A stretch of DNA of 64,000 nucleotides from the human T2T-CHM13v2.0 reference genome, Homo sapiens (GCF_009914755.1 NC_060929.1), one strand, 5' to 3'; counted from the stretch's first letter, positions 12,279 to 25,328 are shown. Translations and numbers: made by a program. The notes: generated by a model not told the origin, from the letters alone.

Positions 12279-14269
12279 GCCTATTACCATTTCTATTCAA
12301 TACCGAGCTAGAGACCCTCACTTGCACAATAAAGACTGGAAAAAGAAAAATTAGAAATGGGAAAATAAAGTCCTCCTTATCTGCAAATGATAAAATCAAT
12401 TGGATTGAAAAACTCAATTTGTAGATCTATTGACAAGGTGGCTGGGTATAGGAAAGTCATTTGCATTTCTATATAAGAGCAGCACACTACATGAAAACTT
12501 AATTAAAAAGAAAAAATCATCTTACAATATCATAGTATCAAAGCATATAAAGTATATAGGCATTAGTATATTAAAAGGCATTCATGTTCTCCACGGATAA
12601 ATTATGGAACTTCATTGGAATGAATATAGCTTTAACTAATAGGAAGCTAGCTCCTTTTGTCATCTCCAGAACACTACTCTGTAGTCAGTGAGGTTCTAGA
12701 ACTAAGAAAACACAGGTCTTTCTGGCCATAGAATGGCTAAAATTGCTTGTGTCAAGCCAAAAAAAATGCCTATGTAGCATCCCCTTAACACCCTCAAAAT
12801 GGTTCTCTATTTCTGCTCATTTTTCTGGTTATTCTTTGAAAGATGGTCCTCGTTTTTAGACACCCAGCCCAGTCAGGTTAGAGCAAATATTTCTCTTAAC
12901 ATTTCTTTCTGCTATGTTCAGTTTTTTTTTGTTTTGTTTTGTTTTTACCTCTGTTAGTCCTTCTTTATCTCAATGCACACTTTCTACTCTTTCCCAAAGT
13001 TAGTCTCAGCTTGCCTATTTCTACATTATTTATGTTCAAGTACTATTATTGGCTCCTTATAAAATATCATTTCTCAAAATGCACATTTGCATTGTATATG
13101 TGCAAATGTGTATAAATATATATACATATGTATGTGTGTGTACATCTCCTATAACACAATGGTGTAAATCTCTTAATGCATAAATATGAACAGGGCCTAT
13201 TCGGTATTTCTGTGCACCAAATCCCCATTATCATATATTAATGTGGGAGGCAGAAGCAGATTTAAAAATAAGTAACATAATTTATAAGTAATCAAGTAGT
13301 TTCTCTTTTTAAAAGCCACTTAAAATCTTACACTACTGTTTTTTTCTGACTTTTTTTAATAGCATATATACTCAGAAATTAGAAAAAAACTCCGATATGT
13401 ATTACAGGCCAAAAAAAAAGTAAAATTAAGTAAGTGCTTAATTTCATTTATCAAAAAGTCTTCAGGCTTGATGTCACTCAAAGTGCCTGAGATACGTCTA
13501 AAACTAATGAAATAACAATTGAATAGAGCAAAAACTAATGTGCTAAAAATTATTTTAAGCCATGGAAAAAGGTTTTGAGATTACATTCCTATCTGATTTA
13601 AGTTTTCAGACTGCAAGCCAACTGGGGGACAAGTGAATTTGTCTTGGCATGCATAGCTGTTCAAAAATTATCTACTTATTTCCCTTAAAAAAATAACAGA
13701 CAAATATTCACTCCTTGTGAACTTTGACAGAGGGAGTCTTTTCCCTGAATTAAAACAAAAAATCCCAAAGTAATAAAACAGTTACTGTGCATTCCACCAC
13801 AACATACTTTCATCTTGAGTAAAAACTGACTTAATTTCAAGGGTTGATCTTTTCTAAAGCCTAGGAAAAGTGGATAGATTAGCTGTTGAAAGGAAAGTCT
13901 CAAAAAGTCATTATACTTATTCATTCACAACCTAATTAACTTGAAACAAATCTAATGCACTTTGACTCACTTGTTACCTCAAAGGTTCCTTTCCTGTCTC
14001 ATATTTTTAACGGGTCTAATTGGTTTGACGCCACAATTTCAGAGTCCCCCACAAACCAGACACTGATAGACTTCCCACCGAACAAGCATACTTTTAAAAA
14101 CTGAGTGACTTAAAGTAATTCTTTTTCTCTTGAGGACTCAAGATACTTAACATCATACAAAACCAAGATCAAGTTCATGCTTAGTAGTTTTGCAGCTAAA
14201 GCAAGGTTTCACAGCCCAACTATGATTCAAAAGTACCCAAAGGATCCCTGTTTCTTCTACTACATGAAA

Positions 14270-14520
14270 CACTTCTCAACCTTGCCCCATGCTCCTTCTG
14301 CAGACTCATCTTTCATCACTTCTCACACACCTAAACCCATTGTGCAAACCACATCAAACTCATGACAGTAATTTTGTGACTATTTCTTGGTCCACGTCAC
14401 TCTTTCTGGGTGAAGTTCCTCCTTTTTTTCCTTAGTTGGCAAACTCCTATTCATTTGAAGCCCAGCTCAAAATTCCCACTCACTCTGCAGCTTTGCAAAA
14501 ATCTCCATCCAACTTCTAGT
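14270..14520 (+). mobile_element. L2 fragment
   Basis: Pyrimidine-rich L2 3'-region-like sequence (GGCAAACTCCTATTCATTTGAAGCCCAGCTCAAA). Confidence 0.5.
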
Positions 14521-14571
14521 CTAAATAAATAAATTTGCTTTCTCAGATGTTCTCCTACAGACCTTTATACA

Positions 14572-14814
14572 CAATTGACCCCTGAGCAACACATGCTTAA
14601 ACGGCACAGGTTCACTTCTACATGGAGTTTTTCAACCAAACACCAATTAAAAATAGAATATTTGCAGGATGTGAAATCCTCTTATCTGGAGGGCAGACTT
14701 TAATATACATGGGTTCCATGGGGCCGATTGCAGGATTTGAGAATGCATGGATTTTGGTATTTGCGGGGTGTCCTAAAACAAATCCCATCCCCCATGGACA
14801 ACAAGGGACAACTG
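14572..14814 (-). mobile_element. MER8 (TcMar-Tigger non-autonomous element)
   Basis: About 240 bp from CAATTGACCCCTGAGCAACAC to AAGGGACAACTG followed by TA; internal sequence matches the remembered MER8 consensus. Confidence 0.8.
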
Positions 14815-14824
14815 TACATCTATA

Positions 14825-15279
14825 TAGTTAACCCATGAACAACATAGGGGTTAGGGGAACGGACAGCTCCTTCACCTCACCCTGTATAGTCAAAAATCCA
14901 CATATAACTTTTCATTCATCAAAAACTTAACTACTAAATAGCCTCCTGTTGAACAGAAGCTCTATCAATAACATAAGCAGTTGATTGACATTTTGTATGT
15001 TGTATGTATTATATACTGTATTATTACAATAAAGTAAGCTAGGAAAAAGAAAATGTTATTAAGGAAATCATGAAGAAGAGAAAATATATTTAGTATGCAT
15101 TAAGTGGAAGTGGAACATCATAAAGGTCTTCATCCGCATTGTCTTCATGTGGAGTAGGCTGAAAAGGAGGAAGCAGAAGAGGGATTGGTCTTGCTGTCTT
15201 GCGGGTGACAGAGGAGGATGAAGATCCGTGTATAAGTGGACCTATGCAGTTCAAACCCACGTTATTCAAGGGTAAACTG
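14825..15279 (-). mobile_element. Tigger2a (MER28)
   Basis: TIRs TAGTTAACCCATGAACAAC and GTTATTCAAGGGTAAACTG flanked by TA; internal TAAGTGGAAGTGGAACATCATAAAGGTCTTCATCC. Confidence 0.88.
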
Positions 15280-15388
15280 TATTATAATACTGGTTTTATA
15301 AACTGATTTAGCTTAAATCTTGACGTTTAACCAATTTTACTAAACATTTGTCATTTTAGTCTCCTCAGCATTTAAACACCTCTAAGTT

Positions 15389-15507
15389 TAGGGTACAGTT
15401 GTCAGAATTCTCAAAAATAAATACGGGGAACCAGTTATGTTTGAACATATTTATGCTACAGAGTTATCTGTTATTTAACCAGAATTGATTTATGCTTTGC
15501 AATCCTA
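15389..15507. mobile_element. Degenerate, internally deleted MER53-like element
   Basis: GTTGTCAGAATT..AAAAATAAATACGGGGAACCAGTTATGTTTGAA ... GCAATCCTA resembles MER53 ends; compare the copy at 40608. Confidence 0.4.
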
Positions 15508-15629
15508 ATACTTACTTAGTGCATTCAAATTTTGGGGGTAAAAATAGATAAACAGATCATGTGAAGCAGCATCATCACCACCACATCAAAAATAAAATTG
15601 CATAAACCTTGGGTAAAACAATAAAACAA

Positions 15630-15923
15630 CCCAGGCATACACCTCAAGGAACTAGGAAAAGGAGAACAAACTAAACCTAAAGTTAGCAGAAAGAAATAAT
15701 AAAGATCAGAACAGAAATAAATCAAATAGAGAACAGAAAGACCACAGAAACAAATCAACAAAACTAAGAATTTTTTTAAATAAACAATATTTTAAGACCT
15801 TTACCTAGACTAAGAAAAAAAGAAAAGACTCCAATATATAAAATCAAAAATGAATGTGAAAATGTTACAATAGGCCCCTCAAAATAAAAAGGATCATAAG
15901 GAACTATTATGAAAAACAATATA
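15630..15923 (+). mobile_element. Older LINE-1 (L1MA) ORF2 fragment, left part of the host of the full-length L1PA
   Basis: CACCTCAAGGAACTAGGAAAA...AAAGTTAGCAGAA...; continues in register at 23262. Confidence 0.8.
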
Positions 15924-17150
15924 GGAGAGGGGCCAAGATGGTCGACTAGAAGCAGCTGCAGTTGGAGGCTACAACTGAGAAGAATGAAAACAGCGAGTGA
16001 ATCCTGCACCTTCCCCTGAGGTATCCAGGTTCTCTCTTTGGGACTGACTAGGCAGTTGGTGCTACCCACAGAGAGCGAGGAAAAGCAGGGTGGAACAATG
16101 GCCCACCCAGGAGCCACATGGCTCAAGGGGAGCTTCCACCACCAGTCAAGGGAGATGGTGAGTAGTTGTGCCACCCCACTCAGAAAACCATGCTTTCTTT
16201 CACAGATCTGTGCAACCCATAGATCAGGAGATCCCCTTGTGAGCCCACACCATCAGGGCCTTGGGTCCCAAACACAGAGATATGCAGAGGCTCAGCAGCC
16301 ACGCCAGGTTGCAGCCAGAGGCAGCATGCTGGACTCTGCCTAAGATGACCGAGTTCCAGAAGGAGGGGCAACAACTATCATTGTGGCTTCAGCCTGCCAT
16401 TTTCCCCTGCTGATACCAGGGAGACTGGGCAGTTAGGACTGGGAGGATTTCCCCACAGTGCAGAACAGCAACTATGGCAGATCGTAGCCAGACTGTTTCT
16501 TTAAGTGGGACCCAGATCCATTCCTCCTCACGAATGGGATCTCCCTTTGGGAATTTCATCAACATCAACCAGGAGTTTAAGGACAGAATTGTGAACTCCC
16601 TGAGATGGAGCCCCTTGTGGGAGGGGTGGCCACAATCTCAGTGGAACAGCAGACTTAGCCTTTCCTGCCTGCCGGCTCCGAAGAGACTGAGCAGTACAGA
16701 GGAGGGGGATTCCTCCCAAAGCAGTGCACACCCTCCAACCAAGGGTAGCCATAGTGCTTCATTAAGCAGGCCCCTGATCTCATGCCCCCTGACTGGGTAA
16801 GATCCCCCAACAGGGGTCATCAGACACCTTATACAGAAGTATTCCTGCCAGCATCAGGTTCATGCCCCTTTGGGACAGAACTCCCAGCGGAAGGAGCAGG
16901 CAGCCTTCTTTTCTGCTCTGTAGCCTCCACTGGTGACACCTCCAGGTGCAAGAGGAACCCAGGAGAATAGGGTCTGGAGTGGATTCCCAGCAAACCTGAG
17001 CAGCCCTACAGATGAGGGGCCTGGCTGCTAAAAGAAAAACAAACAGAAACCAACAATAACAGCATCATCAACAACAACAACATAAAAACACAAAAACCCC
17101 ATTTGAAAGATCAGCAGCCTCAAAGATCAAAGGTAGATAAAGTAACAAAG

Positions 17151-18166
17151 GTGAGAAAGAATCAACAACAATAAAAAAAAGCCAGAATGCCTCCTCTCCT
17201 CCAGATGATCACAACACCTCTCCAGCAAGGGGACAGAACTGGGCAAAGGCTGAGATGAACGAACTGACAGAAGTAGGCTTCAGAAGGTGGGTAATAAACT
17301 TCACTGAGCTAAAGCAGCATATTCTAACCCAATGCAAATAAGCTAATAACCATGATAAAATACCACAGGAGCTGTTATCCAGAATAATCAGTTGAAAGAG
17401 GAACATAAATAAGCTGATGGAGCTGAACAACACAACACAAGAACTTCACAATGCAACTGTAATTATCACAAGCTGAACGCACCAAGGGGGAGAAAGAATC
17501 ACAGAGCTTGAAGACTATCTTGCTGAAATAAGACAGACAGACAAGATTAAAGTAATATAAAATAAAAAGGAACAAACAAAATCTCTGAGAACTACAGGAT
17601 TATGTAAAAAGACTGAACCTATGACTGATTGGGGTACCTGAAAGAGATGGGGAGAACAGAATGAAACTGGAAAACATACTTCAGGACATCATCCAGGAGA
17701 ACTTTCCCAATCTAGCAACAAAGGCCCACAATCAAATGCAGGAAATCCAGAGAACCCCAGTAAAATACTGCATGAGAAGATCAACTCCAAGACACAATTA
17801 TCTGATTCTCCAAGGTTGAAATGAAGAAAAAAATGTTAAAGGCATCTAGAGAGAAAGGCCAGGTCACCTACAAAGCAAAGCCTATCACACTAACAGCAGA
17901 CCTCTCAGCAGAAACTCTACAGCCAGAAGAGATTGGGGCTATTATTCAGCATCTTTAAAGAAAAGAATTTCCAACCCAGATTTTCATATCCAGCCAAACT
18001 AAGCTTCATAAGTGAAGGGGAAATAAAATCCATTTTAGATAGGCAAATGCTGAGGGAATTCATAATCACCAGGCCTGCCTTGCAAGAACTCCTGAAGGAA
18101 GCACTAAATATGGAAAGGAAAACCGTTACTAGTGACTGCAAAAACACACTGAAGTACACAGACTAA
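17151..18166 (+). pseudogene. Disrupted L1 ORF1p coding region
   Basis: ORF 17933..18166 (IFKEKNFQPRFSYPAKLSFISEGEIK..DRQMLREFI.TRPALQELLKEALNMERK) is the ORF1p C-terminal domain; the upstream part has stops and frameshifts. Confidence 0.85.
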
Positions 18167-18916
18167 GGACACTATGAGGCAACTACATTAACAAGTCTGC
18201 AAAATAACCAGCTAGCATCATGATGATGAGATCAAATTCACACATAACAATATTAACCTTAAATATAAATAGGCTGAATGCCCGAATTAAAAGGCACAGA
18301 ATGGCAAGATGGATAAAGAGTCAAGACCCATCAGTGTGCTGTATTCAAGAAACCCATCTCATGGGCAAAAACACACATAGGCTCAAAATAAAGGGACGGA
18401 GGAAAATTTACTAAGCAAATGGAAAACTGAAAAAAGTAGGGTTTACAACCCTAGTTCCCGACAAAACAGACTTTAAACCAACAATGAGCAAAAAAGGCAA
18501 AGAATGGCATTACATAATGGTAAAGGGTTCAATTCAACAAGAAGAGCTAACTGTCCTAAATATATATGGACCCAATACAGGAGCACCCAGAATCCTAAAA
18601 ACTAGTTTTTAGAGACCTACAAAGAGACTTAGATGTCCACACAATACTAGTGCAAGACTTTAACACCCCATTGTCAATGTTAGATCATCAGGTCAGAGAA
18701 TTAACAAAGATAATCAGGACTTGAACTCAGCTCTGGATCAAGTGGACCTGATAGATATTTACAAAACTCTCCACATTAAAACAACAGAATATACATTATT
18801 CTCAACACCACATGGCACTTACTCTAAAATCAATTACATAATTGGAAGTAAAACACTCAGCAAATGCAAATGAACTGAAATCATAACAGTCTCTCAGACA
18901 ACAGCACAATTAAATT

Positions 18917-19798
18917 AATCTACAAAGAACTTAAACAGATTTGCAAGAAAAAAATCAAACAACCCCATCATGAAGTGGGCAAAGGATATGAACAGACACT
19001 TCTCAAAAGACATTTATGCAGCCAACAGACACATGAAAAAATGCTCATCATCACTGGCCATCAGAGAAATGCAAATCAAAACCACAGTGAGATACCATCT
19101 TACACCAGTTAGAATGGCGATCATTAAAAAGTCAGGAAACAACAGGTGCTGGAGAGGATGTGAAGAAATAGGAACACTTTTACACTGTTGGTGGGACTAT
19201 AAACTGGTTCAACCATTGTGGAAGACAGTGTGGTGATTCCTCAAAGATCTAGAACTAGAAATACCATTTGACCCAGCCATCCCATTACTGGGTATATACC
19301 CAAAGGATTATAAATCATGCTACTATAAAGACACATGCACACGTATATTTATTGCGGCACGATTCACAATAGCAAAGACTTGGAACCAACCCAAATGTCC
19401 ATCAATGATAGACTGGATTAAGAAAATGTGGCACATATACACCATGGAATACTATGCAGTCATAAAAAACGACGAGTTCATGTCCTTTGTAGGGACATGG
19501 ATGAAGCTGGAAACCATTCTGAGCAAACTATCACAAGGACTGAAAACCAAACACCTAATGTTCTCACTCATAGGTGGGAATTGAACAATGAGAATGCTTG
19601 GACACAGGGTGGGGAACATCACACAGCAGGGCCTACTGGGGGGTAGGGGGAGTGGGGAGGGATAGTATTAGGAGAAATACCTAATGTAAATGACAAGTTA
19701 ATGGGTGCAGCACACCAACATGGCACATGTATACATATGTAACAAAACTGCACGTTGTGCACATGTACCCTAGAACTTAAAGCATTAAAAAAAAAAAA
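18917..19798 (+). mobile_element. 5'-truncated younger LINE-1 (L1PA4/5-like) nested in the L1PA10 ORF2
   Basis: Jumps from EN-domain sequence to ORF2 C-terminus plus 3'UTR (GGACACAGGGTGGGGAACATC, GGAGAAATACC) and an A tail; host resumes at AACTCAAGATTAAG. Confidence 0.9.
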
Positions 19799-19834
19799 CT
19801 CAAGATTAAGAAACTCACTCAAAACCACACAACT

Positions 19835-20001
19835 CACTTAAGGAGGCTGAGGCAGGTGGATCACTTGAGGTCAGAAGTTCGAGACCAGCCTGGCCAACAT
19901 GTTAAAACTCCATCTCCACTAAAAAATATATAAAAATTAGCCAGGCTTGGTGGCGTGGCTATAGTCCCAGCTACTTAGGAGGCTGAGGCAGGAGAATCAC
20001 T
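19835..20001 (+). mobile_element. Doubly truncated AluS fragment (no 5' end, no tail, no TSD)
   Basis: Alu body from CACTT..GGAGGCTGAGG to GGAGAATCACT, flanked directly by L1 ORF2 sequence. Confidence 0.9.
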
Positions 20002-23000
20002 AAGGCAGAAATCAAGAAGTTCTTTGAAACTAATGAGAACAAAGAGACAACATATCAGAATCCCTGGGATGCATCTAAAGCAGTGTTAAGAGAAAAATTT
20101 ATAGCACTAAATGCTCACATCGAAAAGCTAGAAAGATCTCTAATCAACATCCCAACATCACAACTAAAAGAACTAAAGAACCAAGAATAAACAAACCCCA
20201 AAGGTATCAGAAGACAAGAAATAATCAGGATCAGAGTAGAACTGAAGAAGACAGACACAAAAACCCTTCAAACAAAATCAACAAATCCAGGAGCTGGCTT
20301 TTTGTAAAAGTTAATAAAATAGACCACTAGATAGACTAATAAAGAAAAAAAAGGAGAAGAATCAAATAGACACGATAAAAATGATAAAAGGGTTATCACC
20401 ACTGACCCCACCAAAATACAAACAACTGTCAAATAACACTATAAGCACCTCTATGCAAATAAACTAGAAAATCTGAAAGAAAAAGAAATGGATAGAGTCC
20501 TACACATATACACCCTCCCAAGACTGAATCAGGAAGAAGTTAAATCCCTGAATAGACAAATAACAGGTTCTGAAATTGAGGCAGTAATAAATAGGCTATG
20601 AAACAAAAAAAGTCCAGGACCAGGCAGATTTATAGCTGAATTCCACCAAAGGTACAAAGAGGAGCTGGTACCATTTCTTCTGAAACTATTCCAAACAATT
20701 GAAAAGGAGGGACACCTCCCTAACTCATTTCATGAGGCCAGCATCATCCTGATACCAAAACCTGGCAGAGATACAATAAAAAAAAGAAAACTTCAGGCCA
20801 ATATCCCTGATGAACATTGATGCAAAAAGCCTCAATAAAATACTGGCAAACTGAATTCAGCAGCACATCAAAAAGTTCATCTACCACGATCAAGTCAGCT
20901 TCATCCCCAGGATGCAAGACTGGTTCACAATATGTGAATCAATAAATGTAATTCATCACATAAACAGATCTAAAGACAAAAACCACATTATTATCTCAAT
21001 AGATGCAGAAACAGCCTTCAATAAAATTCAACATCCCTTCATGTTAAAAACTCTCCCTAAACTAGGTATTGAAGGATCATGTCTCAAAATAATAAGAGCC
21101 ATTTATGAAAAACCCACAGCCAAAATCATACAGAATGAGCAAAAGCTGGAAGCATTCCCCCTGAAAATCAGCACAAGACAGGGATGCCCTCTCTCACCAC
21201 TCCTATTCAACACAGTATTGTAAGTTCTTGCCAGGGCAATCAGGCAAGAGAAAGAAATAAAGGTATTCAAATAGGAAGAGAGGAAGTCAAATTGTCTCAG
21301 TTTGTAGATGACATGACTGTATATTTAGAAAACCCAATGATCTCAGCCCAAAAGCTTCTTAAGCTGATAAGCAAGTTCAGCAAAGTCTCAGGATACAAAA
21401 TCACTGTGCAAAAATCACAAGCATTCCTATATACCTACAATAGACAGAGAGCCAAATCATAAATGAACTTCCATTCACAACTGCTACAAAGAGAATAAGA
21501 TACGCAGAAATACAGCCAACAAGGGAAGTGAAGGACCTCTTCAAGGAGAACTACAAACCACTGCTCAGAAAAATCAGATGACACAAACAAATGGAAAAAC
21601 ATTCCATGCTCATGGATAGAAAGAATCAATGTCATGAAAATGGCCACACTGCCCAAAGTTATTTATAGAATCAATGCTATTCTCATTAAACTACCATTGA
21701 TGTTCTTCACAGAATTAGAAAAAGCTATTTTAAAATTCATATGGAATCACAAAAGAGCCTGTATAGCCAAGGCAATCCTTAGCAAAAGGAATAAAGCTGG
21801 AGGCATCGTGCTACCCAACTTCAAACTATACTACAAGGCTACAGTAACTAAAACAGCATAGTATTGCTACAAAAACACAGGCCAATGGAACACAATAGAA
21901 AATTCAGATATAAGAGCACACATCTACAATCATCTGATCAACAAACCTGACAAAAACAAGCAATGGAGAAAAGATTCCTATTTAATAAATGGTGGTAGGA
22001 GGACTGGCTAGCCATATGAAGAAAATTGAAAGTACACCCCTTCCTTATACTGTATATAAAAAATAACTCAAGATGGATTAAAGACTTAAATGTCAAACCC
22101 AAAACTATAAAACCCTAGAAGAAAATCTAGGCAATACCATTCAGAACATAGGCATGGGCAAAGATTTCATGCTGAAATCTTTGTTGATAATGTCAACAGC
22201 AATTGCAACAAAAGCAAACATTGACAAATGGGATCTAATTAAACTAAAGAGCTTCTGCACTGCAAAATAAAGTCATCAGCGTGAACAACTATCATCAGAA
22301 CAAACAGAATGGGAGAAAAATTTTGTAATCTATCCATCTGACAAAGGTGTAATATCCAGAATCTAAAAAACTTAAATTTACAAGAAAAAAAATTAAAAAG
22401 TGGACAAAGGACATAAACAGGCACTTCTCAAAATAAGACTCATGCAGCCAACAGACATACCAAAAAAACCTTAACATCACTGATTATTAGAGAAACGCAG
22501 ATCAAAACCTCAATGAGATACTATCTCACACCAGTCAGAATGGTGATTATTAAAAAGTCAAGAAACAACAGATGCTTGTGAGGTTGCAGAGGAATAGAAA
22601 TGCTTTTACACTCCTATTGATGGAAATGTAAATCAGTTCAACCATTGTGGAAGACAACGTAGCAATTTCTCCAAGACTTAGAACCAGAAATACCATTTGA
22701 CTCAGCAATTCCATTAATGGATATATACCCAAAGAATATAAATCATTCTATTATAAGGATACATGCATGGGTATGTTCACAGCAGCACTATTCTCAATAG
22801 CATAGACATAGAATCGCCCCAAATGTCCATGAATGATAGACTGGATAAAGAAAATGTGGTATGCATATACCATGGAATACTATGCAGCCATAAAAAGGAA
22901 TGAAATCATGTCCTTTGCAGGGACATGGATGGACCTGGATGCTGTTCACATCAGCAAACTAACGCAGGAACAGAGAACCAAATGCTGCATGTTCTTACTT

Positions 23001-23360
23001 ATAAATGGGAGCTGAATAATGTGAACACATAGACACAGGAAGAGGAAAAACACACTGAGGACTTTTAGCGGGGAAGAGGAGGGAGAGCATCAGAAAGACT
23101 AGCTAATCCATGCTGGGTTTAATATCTACATGATGGGTTGATAGGTGCAGCAAGTCACCATACCACACGTTTACACGTGTAAGAAACCTGCACATCTTGC
23201 ACATTTACCCTGCAACTTAAAGTAAAAAATTAAAAAATGTTACTTTCTGTATGGAAAAAAAGAAAAACAATATAGCAACAAATTTGGTAATTTAAAGGGA
23301 ATGTTAAGTTTAGAGAAAAATATAACCTAACGAGGTTGAATCAGAAAAATAGAAAGCCTG

Positions 23361-23661
23361 GGCCGGGCACAGCAGCTCACGCCTGTAATCCCAGCACTTT
23401 GGGAGGCCGAGGTGGGTGGATCCCGAGGTCAGGAGATCGAGAACATCTTGGCTAACACAGTGAAACCCCGTCTCTACTAAAAATACAAACACTTAGCCAG
23501 GCGTGGTGGCGGGCGCCTGTAGTCCCAGCTACTCAGGAGGCTGAGGCAGGAGAATGGCGTGAACCCGGAAGGCGGAGCTTGCAGTGAGCAGAGATCGCAC
23601 GACTGCACTCCAGCCTGGGCGACAGAGCGAGACTCCGTCTCAAAAAAAAAAAAAGAAAGAA
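23361..23661 (+). mobile_element. AluY
   Basis: GAGATCGAG, GGCTAACAC, GAATGGCGTGAACCC and GGAGCTTGCAG diagnostics; 18-bp TSD AGAAAAATAGAAAGCCTG (23343-23360 and 23662-23679). Confidence 0.95.
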
Positions 23662-24228
23662 AGAAAAATAGAAAGCCTGAACAGACTAACAACAAAGAGC
23701 CTGAATAATTTAAAACCTCCCAGAAAAGAAAAACCCAGGACCAGACCGCTTGAAGCTGAATTCTATCAAATTCTTAAAGAAGAATTAATACTATTATGTC
23801 TTAAAGTCTTCTAAAAATAGAGCTGGAGGGAATGCTTCCTAACACATTTCATGAGGCCAGAATCACCTAACACAAAAGACTATGGTCCAATGTCTCTGAT
23901 GAACATTGATGCAAAAATCATCAACAAAATATTAGCAAATCAAATTCAACAACACATCAAAAATATTGCACATCATAATCAACTGGGATTTATCTCTGCC
24001 ATGCAAGCCTGGCTTAACATACACAAAATCAATTTGATAAATAAATTTCACAGACTGAAAGCCAAAATCCACATGATCATCTCAAATGATGCAGAAAAAG
24101 CATTTGACAAAGTCAATATCATTTTTTTGATAAAAACTCTTATCAGTTTTGGTATAGAGATAGTGGACATGTTCATTTGTTTCACTATAGTTATCATTTT
24201 ACTAGATATATGTATCTCATTATATCAT

Positions 24229-24365
24229 GCTTAACTTAAACATATACAGTACCTTAAATATATGCAATAAACATATTTTACCTTAAACATATGCAACCTT
24301 AAAGATATTTAATACCTTAAACATGCTTACCTTAAATATATGCAATACCTTAAATATATGCAATA
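24229..24365. repeat. Degenerate tandem repeat of approximately TACCTTAAATATATGCAA
   Basis: About seven irregular copies of (AC)CTTAAA(C/T)ATAT near the L1MA 3' end. Confidence 0.75.
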
Positions 24366-24567
24366 AAGTTATTTTTTTTAAATGATAATAAAAATCCCTG
24401 GCAAACTCTATAAATTTTGCTACTTACTATGTATTATTTGTAATTATGTATTGTAATTATGAATCAAGACAAAATAAACAATTCTCTAGTTTGTACTCCT
24501 AATACCTAGATGATACTTCTATGGTGTAAACTTTATACTTCAAAAAGAGCTAGTGAAGGATCAATAA

Positions 24568-24966
<399 letters not shown>

Positions 24967-25325
24967 TAATATAGAATAAGTGCTTATTTACATATCTAGT
25001 AAAATGGTCAAAAGTGAAGGGGTTTTTTTTGACTAAGCTCTTTTCCATATAAAATTTTCATAGAAATAGACTTCTGCAATTTTTTTCTAAAAATAAATAA
25101 TTTCATGAAATCAGAGCTTCAAAGGATTGTTTATAATGTTAGGATAAAATTAAATACTTTCCTTATCAAATCATAAACATTCATTTGTGACAATGATTCA
25201 AAATCTGCTTTTAAATTCAGTTAAATCATTACACTGCCTCACAGAATAACCTCGAGAGAGTTTTTTTTCCTAATTCCATATTCCAAAACTAAGATTATCC
25301 CAGGATCCCCTGAGTTCTGTCCGCC

Positions 25326-25328
<3 letters not shown>

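Larger units (their letters stand above)
18220..22995 (+). pseudogene. Disrupted L1 ORF2p (APE endonuclease / reverse transcriptase) coding region
   Basis: Fragments: SNSHITILTLNIN.LN..IKRHR (EN), [40 protein letters not shown] (RT FADD site degenerate) and WIKKMWY.YTMEYYAAIK; many stops. Confidence 0.88.
15924..23261 (+). mobile_element. Full-length inactive LINE-1 (L1PA10-like) carrying two nested insertions
   Basis: 5' end GGAGAGGGGCCAAGATGG, then 5'UTR, ORF1, ORF2, 3'UTR (GGGAGAGCATCAG..TAGCTAAT..GATGGGTTGATAGGTGCAGCAA) and an A tail; 13-bp TSD GAAAAACAATATA at 15911-15923 and 23262-23274. Confidence 0.93.
23262..24380 (+). mobile_element. Older L1MA, right part: ORF2 RT region joined to an L1MA 3' end
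   Basis: ORF 23851..24234 ([24 protein letters not shown]...[14 protein letters not shown]) runs into a 3'UTR terminus at about 24150. Confidence 0.8.

Noticed and set aside
13082-13110. 10-bp inverted repeat CACATTTGCA..TGCAAATGTG containing an octamer
   Set aside because: Lies in TA/TG low-complexity sequence where such palindromes arise readily.
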